From: Candidatus Aldehydirespiratoraceae bacterium
Lineage (GTDB): Bacteria; Actinomycetota; Acidimicrobiia; Acidimicrobiales; Aldehydirespiratoraceae
Length of the DNA: 64,000 nucleotides
Assembly (NCBI GenBank): GCA_965204595.1
Contig: CBDBEW010000014.1
Location: 1,957,207-2,021,206 of the forward strand
Direction of reading: 5' to 3'
The stretch's first letter is position 1. Each line of letters opens with the position of its first letter. The notes under the pieces are model-generated. The model did no database searches. It saw only the letters and a list, made by a program, of their open reading frames with translations, and was not told the origin of the DNA. A program made the position numbers and the translations under genes. Below, one piece after another: positions 10,288-20,122 of the stretch.

Positions 10288-10827
10288 ATGGCTTTAGTTC
10301 CTGGTGTTCTCAAAGGGTTGGGCGTTACTGGTTCAACGATGTTACGCACGATTTTCCCTGGCGGGTTCACTAAACCGATCCCTTCACCTGTTAAGGGTGC
10401 TGAAACGGTTCAGTATCCGCATGAGAAGGAGGCTCCACCTACTCGGGCTAGAGGGGTGATTGCGTTGCATGTGGAGAACTGCACTGCCTGCATGCTTTGC
10501 GCTCGTGAATGCCCTGATTGGTGTATTTATATTGAAGGGCATAAAGAGAAAGCACCGCCTCGCCGCCCTGGTGGTAAGCCTCGGCAACGCAACAAGCTCG
10601 ACAGGTTCGACATTGATTACGCGTTGTGCATGTATTGCGGTATTTGCGTTGAGGTTTGTCCATTTGAGGCGTTGTTTTGGAGTCCTGAATATGAATATTC
10701 CGAACCGCGTATTGCTGATTTGTTGCATGACAAGGATCGTTTGGCGGACTGGATGGAAACAGTTCCCGAGTTTGAAGATTATGAGGTTGGTTCGCAACAA
10801 AAGAAGTTGAAAGTGCCGCCCACGTGA
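10288..10827 (+). CDS. nuoI: NADH-quinone oxidoreductase subunit I (2x[4Fe-4S])
   Basis: 179 aa; '[12 protein letters not shown]' and '[12 protein letters not shown]'. Confidence 0.95.
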   Translation: MALVPGVLKGLGVTGSTMLRTIFPGGFTKPIPSPVKGAETVQYPHEKEAPPTRARGVIALHVENCTACMLCARECPDWCIYIEGHKEKAPPRRPGGKPRQRNKLDRFDIDYALCMYCGICVEVCPFEALFWSPEYEYSEPRIADLLHDKDRLADWMETVPEFEDYEVGSQQKKLKVPPT

Positions 10828-10846
10828 TGAATGATTTGCTTACCTG

Positions 10847-11374
10847 ATGTTGCTTGCCGCGCTTTCTTCTGATGCAGACCTGTACGTAGCTCAAAACGTC
10901 TTTTTTGCGATTATTGCTCTAGCCATGATTTATTCTGCGTTTCGTGTTGTGACCACTAGCAATGTGGTCCACGCGGCACTGTGGTTGGTTGTGGTGTTGG
11001 CAGGTGTTGCTGCTCAGTTCATTTTACTTGGCTCAGAATTTGTTGCGGTGACGCAGGTGTTGGTGTATATCGGCGCGGTTGTGGTGCTGTTTTTGTTTGG
11101 GGTTATGTTGACACGCGCCTCGCTTGGTGACGATGAAACAGTGGCACAAGAGAAGCGCGGCATCGCCGCCGTGGTCGGTGTCCTGCTATTTGCGGTGATG
11201 GCCACTGCTTTGATCAATACTTTTGAAGATCTGCGTTTGGTTGTGGAACAACCTCAGCCAACTAGCACGGTTTCGGATGCGATTTTTTCTCAGTACATCG
11301 TTGCATTTGAGGCGGTGTCGGTTTTGTTGTTGGCAGCTTTGATTGGGGCCATTGTGGTGGCTCGTAAAGATTGA
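10847..11374 (+). CDS. nuoJ: NADH-quinone oxidoreductase subunit J
   Basis: 175 aa membrane protein at the conserved operon position; 'VTQVLVYIGAVVVLFLFGVML'. Confidence 0.9.
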   Translation: MLLAALSSDADLYVAQNVFFAIIALAMIYSAFRVVTTSNVVHAALWLVVVLAGVAAQFILLGSEFVAVTQVLVYIGAVVVLFLFGVMLTRASLGDDETVAQEKRGIAAVVGVLLFAVMATALINTFEDLRLVVEQPQPTSTVSDAIFSQYIVAFEAVSVLLLAALIGAIVVARKD

Positions 11375-11386
11375 GATGTGTAGCCA

Positions 11387-11686
11387 ATGTTGTTGAATCA
11401 GTTCCTGCTTTTGTCGGCTGTGTTGTTTTGCATCGGCGTTTATGGTGTTTTGGCAAGAAAAAATGGGGTGCTAGTCCTTATGTCAATTGAGCTAATTTTG
11501 AATGCCGTCAACATTAATCTGGTGGCTTTCGGAGCGCTCAATGCCGATGTTGGGGGTGAAGTGTTTGCGTTGTTTACTATTGCTGTGGCTGCCGCGGAGG
11601 TGGGTATTGGTTTGGCTATCGTGTTGCTTATCTACCGTAACCGCCGCAGTATTGACCTCACAAAAGCTGATCTTTTGAAGGGCTGA
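11387..11686 (+). CDS. nuoK: NADH-quinone oxidoreductase subunit K
   Basis: 99 aa, 3 TM; '[17 protein letters not shown]...[12 protein letters not shown]'. Confidence 0.9.
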   Translation: MLLNQFLLLSAVLFCIGVYGVLARKNGVLVLMSIELILNAVNINLVAFGALNADVGGEVFALFTIAVAAAEVGIGLAIVLLIYRNRRSIDLTKADLLKG

Positions 11687-11690
11687 GTTC

Positions 11691-13910
11691 GTGTCTGTGT
11701 TGTTTGCACTCGCTGATTCTGAGACGGTACCCACTTCATCAACAGTTGTTGATAACGCCAGTTGGTTTTTAGAAAATGCTTGGCTTGTGCCTTTGTTGCC
11801 AGCGCTGTCGTTTTTAGGCATCCTTTTCTTTGGCAAGAAGATGCGCTACCGGGGTGCTGAGTTGGGGATTGCCGCTATTTCGTTGTCTTTGATTTTGGCG
11901 ACGTGCGCTGGGGTTGCTTGGATCAATCATTACGACAATATGGGTTATTACGCGGTACAAAACTCTGTGCCGTGGCTGCAATCGAGCGGGATTGATTTTG
12001 GTGTTGGGATTTTGGTGGACGGTCTGTCGGTGATGATGTTAGTTATGGTCACGATTGTTTCGTTGCTGGTGCATATTTACAGCACAGATTATGTTAGTGA
12101 CGACAAGCGATATACACATTTCTTTGCGTTTTTGTCTTTGTTCACTTCAGCAATGCTGTTTTTTGTTCTCAGCGACAACATTTTGCAAATGATTGTTGGT
12201 TGGGAGCTAGTTGGTGTTTGTTCGTTTGTGCTGATTGGTCATTGGTGGGAAGAAAAGCCCAATTCTGATGCGGCTTTGAAGGCGTTTTTGACTAACAGGG
12301 TTGGCGACATCGGTTTGCTGATCGGCATGATCGTTTTGTTCTTCACCGCAGGTGGTGCGAGCACGTTTAGCACCGTTGCTATCAACGAAGCTGTTGTGCA
12401 AGGCAACGTTTCTCACACGGCTTTGGTGGTTGCTGCTTTGTGTTTGATGGCCGCGGTTATGTCTAAATCGGGTCAGTTTGTTTTGCATACCTGGTTGCCC
12501 GATGCGATGGCTGGGCCAACTCCTGTTTCGGCGTTGATTCATGCGGCAACAATGGTGGTGGCGGGTGTGTTTATGATCGCTCGTTTGTATCCCGTGTTTT
12601 TCGAAGGAATGCAGATTGGTGGTTCAAGTATCAATTTGATGGCAACAATAGGTGCGGTAACGCTGGTGTTTGGTGGCCTGCTAGCTTTTGTGCAAAACGA
12701 CATTAAGAAGGTGTTGGCTTATTCAACGGTTTCTCAACTTGGCTATATGGTTATGGCGCTTGGTGTGGGTGCTTGGGTGGCAGCGGTGTTTCATCTTTTC
12801 ACCCACGCGTTTTTCAAAGCAAATTTGTTTTTGGGTTCGGGTTCGGTGGCTCACGCGGTGCATTCTTTTGATATGAAACGAGATATGGGTGGCTTGCGTA
12901 AGTTTATGCCGAAAACCTATACCACGTTTGTTATTGGTTCTTTGGCTTTGGCTGGTCTGTTTCCTTTGGCGGGCTTTTGGTCCAAAGATGAAATTCTTGC
13001 TGGCACTGGTGGTTGGGGCTTGTTCGGTGCTACTGGTGGTAATGGTGCTTACACTTTTCATCTGGTGATGGGCATGTTTGGTGCGGCTTTGACCGCCGCC
13101 TACATGACCCGTTGTGTCTATTTGACTTTTCACGGTAGCTATAGAGGCGCATCTAGCCACGGCTCGGATTCAGATTCAGGAGCAGATTCAACGGCAGATC
13201 ATCATAGCGAACCACATGAATCGGGTCCACGAATTTTGGTGCCGCTATACATTCTTTCAGCTTTAGCGATAGTGGCTGGTTTTGCGAACCTTCCAAAGGG
13301 TTTTCAACTAGTGCCAAGTTCTTGGACCGAACGTTTTGGGCATTACATCGAACCAGTCGGGTCATCGTATTTCCCGAAAATCGCTCACGCTACTCCTAGT
13401 TGGTCGCTGGCGATTGCGGCTAGTTTGGTGGCTTTGGTGGGAGCAGCGGTAGCCATTCTCTACTATTTCGTCAAACTTGATCGTTTGTCGGTGTCAACAA
13501 AGCGGTCGCTCACTGAGTTGCCTGATGGAATAACCGAATCAAATGCACTGGCACACCTAGGCCATAGAGTTTTGGTCAACAAATATTACCTTGATCATCT
13601 TTATGAGCGGGTTGTGGTTGCTGCCTCGAAAGGCCCTTTGGCGCGTGCGGTTTATTGGGTTAACCAACACATGATTGATTATGCCGTTGACAAAACAGCT
13701 CAAACCTCAGTGAGTTTGGGTAGAGGTACTTACGACCGTATTGATCAAGGCCTCATTGATACTTTCGTTGATGGTTCTGGCCGAGTTTCGGATGCGACTG
13801 GTGAAGAATTACGCCAAATAAACACGGGCAAAGTTCAAAACTACGCAGCGATCCTTTTTGCAATGGCAGCGGTACTAGCCGGTGCCTTTATTATCATCTT
13901 CGCCTTCTAG
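11691..13910 (+). CDS. nuoL: NADH-quinone oxidoreductase subunit L (long form)
   Basis: 739 aa antiporter-like subunit; 'WELVGVCSFVLIGHWW', 'HTWLPDAMAGPTPVSALIHAATMV'. Confidence 0.95.
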   Translation: MSVLFALADSETVPTSSTVVDNASWFLENAWLVPLLPALSFLGILFFGKKMRYRGAELGIAAISLSLILATCAGVAWINHYDNMGYYAVQNSVPWLQSSGIDFGVGILVDGLSVMMLVMVTIVSLLVHIYSTDYVSDDKRYTHFFAFLSLFTSAMLFFVLSDNILQMIVGWELVGVCSFVLIGHWWEEKPNSDAALKAFLTNRVGDIGLLIGMIVLFFTAGGASTFSTVAINEAVVQGNVSHTALVVAALCLMAAVMSKSGQFVLHTWLPDAMAGPTPVSALIHAATMVVAGVFMIARLYPVFFEGMQIGGSSINLMATIGAVTLVFGGLLAFVQNDIKKVLAYSTVSQLGYMVMALGVGAWVAAVFHLFTHAFFKANLFLGSGSVAHAVHSFDMKRDMGGLRKFMPKTYTTFVIGSLALAGLFPLAGFWSKDEILAGTGGWGLFGATGGNGAYTFHLVMGMFGAALTAAYMTRCVYLTFHGSYRGASSHGSDSDSGADSTADHHSEPHESGPRILVPLYILSALAIVAGFANLPKGFQLVPSSWTERFGHYIEPVGSSYFPKIAHATPSWSLAIAASLVALVGAAVAILYYFVKLDRLSVSTKRSLTELPDGITESNALAHLGHRVLVNKYYLDHLYERVVVAASKGPLARAVYWVNQHMIDYAVDKTAQTSVSLGRGTYDRIDQGLIDTFVDGSGRVSDATGEELRQINTGKVQNYAAILFAMAAVLAGAFIIIFAF

Positions 13911-13928
13911 CTTAGGAACAGATTTTTT

Positions 13929-15509
13929 ATGGACACGATAGCAGACACTAATTGGTTGCTCACAGCACTGGTTTTCTCGCCACTTGTTGGAGCATTGTTT
14001 ATGGTGTTGATACCTGAAAAAGACGAATCGTCACACAAAAAGGTTGCGCTGCTCACCTCGCTGGTAACGCTTGGCTTGGCCGGGTTTATGTTGATCGAAT
14101 TTGATTACTCCTCTGCCGCGTCACTCCAATATTTTGTTGACACAACCTGGATTGATGTGATTGGTGCGGGATACACGATCGGTGTTGACGGTATGTCACT
14201 ACCGCTGATTGCGCTAACAACTTTGATTATGCCTTTGGTGTTTGTGTACTCGTGGCATCATATTCCTGAACCAGGTAATGCCAAAGCCTTCTTGATCCTT
14301 TCGCTCATTTTGGAAACAGGCATGATTGGCACTTTTGTTGCCCAAGACTTAGTACTTTTCTTTGTTTTCTTTGAGGTTGTGTTGTTGCCGATGTTCTTTA
14401 TGATCGCGGTTTGGGGCGGAGAAAATCGCCGTTATGCGTCTCTCAAGTTCTTTTTGTTTACGTTGTTCGGTTCTGCTTTGATGTTGTTGTCGTTTTTGGC
14501 GTTGTTCTTCCTGACCGGCGAGAACACATTCAACATGTTGGTGTTGACACAAAACGCCGGCGCAGGTATCGCTAGAGGCACCCAGCTGCTTATCTTCGCT
14601 GGAATGTTCTTGGGTTTTGGTGTGAAGGTGCCGATGTTTCCGTTTCATACTTGGCTTCCTGATGCCCATACCGAAGCCCCCACACAAGGTTCAGTTATTT
14701 TGGCTGCGGTGTTGTTGAAACTCGGCACTTATGGGTTCATTCGTATCGCCATCCCGATGCTTCCTGAAGCTGCGGAGGCTTGGGCACCGTGGATTGGCTT
14801 ACTAGCAGTTATCGGCATTATCTATGGAGCACTCGGATGTTTGGCGCAAACCGATATGAAACGTTTGATTGCGTTTTCCTCTGTTGCTCACATGGGTTTT
14901 GTGATGCTCGGTATTGCCACTCTCACAGACTTCGGAATCAATGCAGCCATCTTTGGGATGGTCGCTCATGGTTTGATAACGGGGATGCTGTTCTTTATTG
15001 CGGGTTCGGTGAAAGACCGCTATCACACTCTTGAGATAAAAAGACTAGGGGGGATGCTAGCGCAGGCGCCCAAGTTGGGTTGGATTTTGGGTTTTGTGTC
15101 GATGGCTTCGCTTGGTTTGCCCGGTTTAGCTGGGTTTTGGGGCGAGTTCCCTGCAATCCTCGCGGCTTATAACCCTGCTGTGGGTATACCTGAGGGAACT
15201 TTCCGTGGTTATATGGTGGTTGCAGCGGTTGGCACCGTGCTCGCTGCAGGCTACTTGTTGTGGCTTTTGCAACGAACCGCGATGGGTGAACCACCGCTTG
15301 AGTTCAGAGATGACCCCAACATTACCGATGTGTCAACCACCGAATGGATTGCTTGGACACCCTTGCTTGTGGGCATCGTTTTATTTGGCGTTGCACCAGG
15401 GCTAATTTTTGAGGTCACAGACCCAGCCGTTATCGGCTCTCTTGACAACTGTATTAGGGTTGGTTGTGAAGCTACTCAAGCGGGCGTAACTGCGGTGGTT
15501 GGTGGCTGA
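13929..15509 (+). CDS. nuoM: NADH-quinone oxidoreductase subunit M
   Basis: 526 aa; 'PFHTWLPDAHTEAPTQGSVILAAVLLKLG'. Confidence 0.95.
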   Translation: MDTIADTNWLLTALVFSPLVGALFMVLIPEKDESSHKKVALLTSLVTLGLAGFMLIEFDYSSAASLQYFVDTTWIDVIGAGYTIGVDGMSLPLIALTTLIMPLVFVYSWHHIPEPGNAKAFLILSLILETGMIGTFVAQDLVLFFVFFEVVLLPMFFMIAVWGGENRRYASLKFFLFTLFGSALMLLSFLALFFLTGENTFNMLVLTQNAGAGIARGTQLLIFAGMFLGFGVKVPMFPFHTWLPDAHTEAPTQGSVILAAVLLKLGTYGFIRIAIPMLPEAAEAWAPWIGLLAVIGIIYGALGCLAQTDMKRLIAFSSVAHMGFVMLGIATLTDFGINAAIFGMVAHGLITGMLFFIAGSVKDRYHTLEIKRLGGMLAQAPKLGWILGFVSMASLGLPGLAGFWGEFPAILAAYNPAVGIPEGTFRGYMVVAAVGTVLAAGYLLWLLQRTAMGEPPLEFRDDPNITDVSTTEWIAWTPLLVGIVLFGVAPGLIFEVTDPAVIGSLDNCIRVGCEATQAGVTAVVGG

Positions 15510-15511
15510 GA

Positions 15512-17017
15512 GTGTTCGCGTTTATTGCTCAGATTGTTAGCGAATTTAACCGGCCGGCAATAGATTGGCACGCCGCCGCGCCAGAACTCACCTTGTTGGG
15601 TTTTGGAGCACTAATTACCATGGTTGATATTGGTTGGCTTGAGCGTGGTCGCAAGGTTGCTGCCCCTCTTACCTCTTTAGCTTTGTTGGCAACGATGGTG
15701 CCGATAATTACTTTGGCTGTGTCGGGTGAAGAACGTTCTATGTTTGCTGGTGGTTTTGTTGTTGACGATTACAGCTTAATTATGAAAGCCACGTTTGTGT
15801 TGACGGGTTATATTGTGGTGCTGATCTCAACGAACTACATCGCGCAAGGTGATTACTGGGAAAATGAATACTACGGGCTTTTGTTGAGTTCGATTCTCGG
15901 GATGATTTTGATGGCTTCTGCCCGCGATCTCATCACGATTTTTGTTGCGCTTGAGTTGTTGTCAATACCTGCATACATGTTAGCTACTTGGCGCAAACGC
16001 GACCTAAAGAGTAACGAAGCTGGTCTGAAATATTATTTGATGGGTGTGTTCGCTTCGGCGATAATGCTTTACGGTATGTCGCTGCTTTATGGTGCGACTG
16101 GTTCAACTTTGTTGACAGCGATCAATATAGAGACTGCGGCGTTGGCGCAACCGTCGGCTTTGGTTGTGTTGGGCATAATTTTTGTTGTGATTGGTTTTGC
16201 GTTCAAGGTGTCTGCTTTTCCTTTTCATACTTGGGCTCCCGATACTTATGAGGGTGCCCCCACGCCTGTCACTGCATTTATTTCGGTCGCGTCTAAGGCC
16301 GCTGGTTTTGTGGCTTTGCTGAACTTGTTGTTTGTTGGTTTGCTTGGCCGCGATGACGTTTTTGAACCGTTGATGTGGGTGTTAGCGGCAGCATCAATGA
16401 CGGCAGGCAATTTGATGGCGTTGCGCCAAACGAATATTGTCAGGTTGCTCGCCTATTCGGGTGTTGCTCAAGCTGGTTACATGCTCGCTCCTTTGGCGGT
16501 TGCTGGGGCGGTGCCTGATAAGGCACTCACCGCTTCTGTGACTTACTTGGTGATTTATGCGGCTATGAACTTGGGTGCTTTCGCTATTGTGATTGCGGTG
16601 GCTCGCAAGACCCGCTCTGCTCAAATCGCTGATTATCGTGGGTTATTTCGTTACGCCCCTGGGCTAACGGTGGCGATGACTATCTTTTTGTTTTCTTTGG
16701 CTGGTATTCCCCCCTTGGGTGGTTGGTTGGCAAAGTTCCGGGTGATGGAGGCGTTGATTGAAGCCGACTCTGCGTCTGGTTTGGTGCTGGGCGTGTTCGT
16801 GGCGATAAATTCGGTGATCGCTTTGTATTATTACGCTCGCATTGGTTTGAGCATGTGGGCCGACGAGGTGCCTGACGGGGATTTGAGTCCTGTAAGTGTG
16901 CCTTTGTCTTTGGGTGTTGCTGTTACGCTCACAGCAGTATTGACGATTGCGATGGGTGTTTTGCCCGGCGATGTTGTTAGCCGATTCACAGAGGTCAGTC
17001 TTTTAGCGCAGCCGTAG
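15512..17017 (+). CDS. nuoN: NADH-quinone oxidoreductase subunit N
   Basis: 501 aa; 'FPFHTWAPDTYEGAPTPVTAFIS'. Last gene of the operon. Confidence 0.95.
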   Translation: MFAFIAQIVSEFNRPAIDWHAAAPELTLLGFGALITMVDIGWLERGRKVAAPLTSLALLATMVPIITLAVSGEERSMFAGGFVVDDYSLIMKATFVLTGYIVVLISTNYIAQGDYWENEYYGLLLSSILGMILMASARDLITIFVALELLSIPAYMLATWRKRDLKSNEAGLKYYLMGVFASAIMLYGMSLLYGATGSTLLTAINIETAALAQPSALVVLGIIFVVIGFAFKVSAFPFHTWAPDTYEGAPTPVTAFISVASKAAGFVALLNLLFVGLLGRDDVFEPLMWVLAAASMTAGNLMALRQTNIVRLLAYSGVAQAGYMLAPLAVAGAVPDKALTASVTYLVIYAAMNLGAFAIVIAVARKTRSAQIADYRGLFRYAPGLTVAMTIFLFSLAGIPPLGGWLAKFRVMEALIEADSASGLVLGVFVAINSVIALYYYARIGLSMWADEVPDGDLSPVSVPLSLGVAVTLTAVLTIAMGVLPGDVVSRFTEVSLLAQP

Positions 17018-17697
17018 AATAGGTTGCTTTGTTGACAACGAATCAAGTATATACGAGACCTCAAGACCCTCAAGTAAGGCTGGGCCTCGGCGGCGGAGGA
17101 TGTTCTGTTGGCGGTGCTCCTGACCGTAACACCAAAGCACGCTTAGGGCGTGGGTTATGGCACGATTGGTTGAAACTCTTATACGAACCCGTATTGTTCA
17201 ACCTCGCCCGAGACGCTGCGGGTAAGCCGGCCGACCGTATGGATCAGTCCATCAGGATGACACCAAGTGACGAACAGATGGTGCGTGGTCATGTGAGCCA
17301 TCCTTGCAGGCGGGTGTGACACTTGCTAGTGTACCACTATAGACCGATCTACTCGGCCAAACGGCTCCAGTCGCGTCGCAACATCCGTTCGGCGAACCAC
17401 TTTGAATCTCAACGGAGTGAACCCGCCAACTCGCCTTTTCCGACAACTTTGAGTAGCTGAGGCGGACGCGAAAATCCTCCCCTAGTGTCGGTACATTGCG
17501 TCCAGCAAGCCAAATCGTTACATCCGAATTCGGGTTGTACTTGGCTTGGAGCGACGGCAAGCTCTAGTGGTGGTTGCAGTTTAGGTGAGTGTATATGGTG
17601 TGTGCTGATTTCCAGTTGTGTAGTTTGCGTGGCATGTGGTTGAGGTTGTCGGGGACATGCTCAAGAGAGCAGCAGCGTCGCATCGTATTGCTGCATT

Positions 17698-18255
17698 TTG
17701 ATGTCTCTGGTTACGAGCGTGAGATCGTGCAGTTTCGAACTCGTCTATCAGCCATTCGGGTGTGTCGCCGAAGTCTGGTTGCTGCAGATCGTGGAGTTGA
17801 CCACGGTGACCGCTGACTCAGGCAACGACGTGAGCTTTCCCTCAGGGTCGACGCAGGTCACTTTGGACGGCACTGGGTCTGTGGTGTCATCTGGTGCCAC
17901 GCCGACTTATCAGTGGACCTAGACAGGAGGAGGCACAGTGACGCTGTCGGGTGCGACCACGGCGCAGCCGAGTTTCGTGCCGCCGACGGCGGTGGGCACC
18001 ACGTTGACGTTCCGGTTGACTGCTACTCATGCTGGTGTGTCGGCTTCTGACACGGTGACGCTCACCGTCGAGGGGTCGGGAGGCAGCGTGATGTCACTCG
18101 GTGGCGTCGTCTCGGGTGGCGCGGTGCAAACCGAGACGGTCAACAAACCCGACGGTGGCACGGCCACGTATTTGCTGATGCGTTTCACCGGCGACGACGA
18201 GTCCCAGGCGATCGGTTACCGACTCTCGTCTCAACCCTCGAACTGCTCGACCTGA
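17698..18255 (+). pseudogene. 5'-truncated fragment of a PKD/Ig-like repeat surface protein with an in-frame TAG
   Basis: The two ORFs 17698-17922 and 17938-18255 share a frame: 'TPTYQWT*TGGGTVTLSGATTAQPSF', with TAG at 17920-17922. PKD-like repeat signature; no start or signal peptide. Confidence 0.6.
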
Positions 18256-18323
18256 TCCGCCGCTACCTAGCAAACTAAAACGACTTTGAGCGTGTTGAGT
18301 CTCAGAAGGTGATGAAGAAGCTT
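18055..18323 (+). repeat. Left copy of a ~250-bp imperfect direct repeat (3' end of the PKD-like gene)
   Basis: Aligns with 19493-19740, for example 'gtgacgctcaccgtcgaggggtcgggaggcag' and 'gaactgctcgacctgatccgccgctacctagcaa'. About 80-85% identity by eye, with a divergent middle. Confidence 0.8.
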
Positions 18324-18420
18324 CATTCGTTTCGGTTGTCTAGGGTCGTGTGTGAAACGGGGGATCGTCGGGTAGCGTTGCTTCGTAGCAATCTGCTACT
18401 GATTTGAACGGAGGTGCTTT

Positions 18421-18798
18421 GTGGCTATGAGTTCGCCCATTCGGATTGATGATGACGTTCATGCTGCGGCGAAACTCATCGCACCGGTTATGAGTCGCAG
18501 CACGGCGCAGCAGATCGCTCATTGGGCGCGTATCGGCCGCGAACTGGAGGCCTCTCGGAGTGTGTCACAGCAATCGATTTTGCGGGTTCTCAGAGGCGAT
18601 GCCTGCTACGACGGCCTAAGCACTGACGAGCAGGCAGTCGTTCGCGCTGAGTGGGTTGAACGCATGACCGAGCGGCGTAAATCGCTCGACTTGGCTGCGG
18701 AGTTCGTCGCTGCGGGGCGCTCGTTCGTAGAACTTGACGAAACCGGCGATATCGTCGAGCACCGACCAGCTGCCGATGCTATTAGGCATACTGCTTGA
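18421..18798 (+). CDS. ParD-like type II antitoxin
   Basis: 125 aa; 'IRIDDDVHAAAKLIAPVMSRSTAQQIAHWARIGRELE' matches the ParD-like family pattern. The stop overlaps the toxin gene region. Confidence 0.7.
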   Translation: MAMSSPIRIDDDVHAAAKLIAPVMSRSTAQQIAHWARIGRELEASRSVSQQSILRVLRGDACYDGLSTDEQAVVRAEWVERMTERRKSLDLAAEFVAAGRSFVELDETGDIVEHRPAADAIRHTA

Positions 18799-18804
18799 CG
18801 GTCT

Positions 18805-19394
18805 GTGTCGGATCCGGTTCTCCATGTTGTCGCCGGGCCAAACGGGCGGGCAAGACAACGTTTGTTGAACGGGTTCTCGGTCCGTTGCCGCTTGAGTTCG
18901 TCAACGCGGACGCGGTCGCCGCGCAACACTGGCCGGGAGACGAGTTGAGCAACGCCTATGCTGCGGCCGAGATTGCGGCTCAACGTAGGGCGGGACTGTT
19001 TGGGCAGCGTCGGTCGTTCGTCACCGAGACCGTGTTTTCGCACGAGTCGAAGGTTGAACTCATTCGTCGGGCCGAGCGAAACGGGTACATTGTTTTGCTT
19101 CACATAATGCTTGTCCCAGAGGATTTAGCTGTTGCCCGTGTAGCGAATCGTGTCGAGAACGGCGGACATGATGTCCCAGAGGAAAAGGTGCGCTCCCGCC
19201 ATCGTCGGCTCTGGACCCATATTGTCGAAGCGATCGCCCTGGTTGCTCAAGCCGATGTCTATGATAACTCCTCGGCTTCGTCGCCGTTCAGACTTCTCGC
19301 GACATTTCGAAACGGAATGCTCGTGAAAGATCTGGATTGGCCGGCTTGGACTCCTCACGAATTGGTAAGCATCCGCCATCGAACAGAGCCTTGA
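18805..19394 (+). pseudogene. Zeta-toxin/AAA-kinase-like toxin, frameshifted inside the Walker A motif
   Basis: GTG 18805 gives 'MSDPVLHVVAGPNG'. The rest ('AGKTTFVERVL...') continues in another frame (the ORF-track ORF 18795-19394). One G is missing in the run at 18844-18846 relative to an intact GPNGAGKTT. Confidence 0.7.
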
Positions 19395-19492
19395 CACCGC
19401 ATCGTCCCTGTGAAAGAGAGTTCGCAAGAAGCCGGTGTCGTGCTGAGCGACCTAGACCTGCCCCGAGAAGTCAACCGGCTGGGTCGCACCCT

Positions 19493-19740
19493 GTGACGCT
19501 CACCGTTGAGGGGTCGGGAGGCAGTGTAACGTCGTTCGGTGGTGTCTTCTCGGGTGCTGCGGTGCGAACTGAGACGGTCAACAAGCCCGACGGTGGCACG
19601 GCGAAGTATTTGTCGATGCGTTATCACAATACGCCAACGGCGACATCACTGCCGACGAACTGCTCGACCTGATCCGCCGCTACCTAGCAAGCTAAAGCAG
19701 CCCTCCACATATGAGGTCCCCGAAGGTGATGAGGAGGCTT
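19493..19740 (+). repeat. Right copy of the ~250-bp direct repeat (second PKD-like gene tail)
   Basis: Encodes 'VTLTVEGSGGSVTSFGGVFSGAAVRTETVNKPDGGTAKY...NCST*', parallel to the copy at 18055-18255. Confidence 0.8.
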
Positions 19741-19867
19741 AGTTTGGGTCTGCCCGCGGAGCGGAGTGCTCGGAATCGTTAGTCCTAGTTGGTACACGGC
19801 GAAAGCTGCGTTGAGCATCCCGTTTAACCGGCGTGATGTTCGGAACTTGCGGAGGTGTCGACCTTGA

Positions 19868-20077
19868 AATCACCGAGGTCACTCTCGCTGCATCGCGGAA
19901 GGTCGGCGCGCCGGTCGCTGGCACCGAGAGTATGCGGTCAAGGGGGTGACGCTGCATCAGGCGGATTGCTTGATCACTGCGTCCGCACTGGGAGCGGGTG
20001 CGACATTGGCCATGGCGAACGTGGCGGACTTCCCGATGCCCGAACTAGAGGTTGAACACTGGCCCTCCCCCTGCTGA
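19868..20077 (+). pseudogene. C-terminal remnant of a PIN-domain (VapC-like) toxin
   Basis: My translation gives '...AGRWHREYAVKGVTLHQADCLITASALGAGATLAMANVADFPMPELEVEHWPSPC*', which is PIN C-terminal 'D.lIaA.A' architecture. The N-terminal half and any antitoxin are absent. Confidence 0.5.
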
Positions 20078-20122
20078 CTGTCGCCGACGGAACGCCGACT
20101 GCGACGGTGGTTTCGTGACCCT

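Noticed and set aside
10384-10894. Overlapping 116-148-aa ORFs on both strands within nuoI.
   Set aside because: nuoI is unambiguous (two CxxCxxCxxxCP motifs). The alternative translations have no motifs and are artefacts of the ORF caller.
17020-17600. Possible tRNA, tmRNA, RNase P RNA or group II intron at the island boundary after nuoN.
   Set aside because: I could not fold a cloverleaf. There is no GGAAAGTCCGGGC-type RNase P core, no tmRNA tag or acceptor features, and no GUGYG 5' end or domain V hairpin. 'GGAGTGAACCCGCC' (~17412) only weakly resembles a T-arm.
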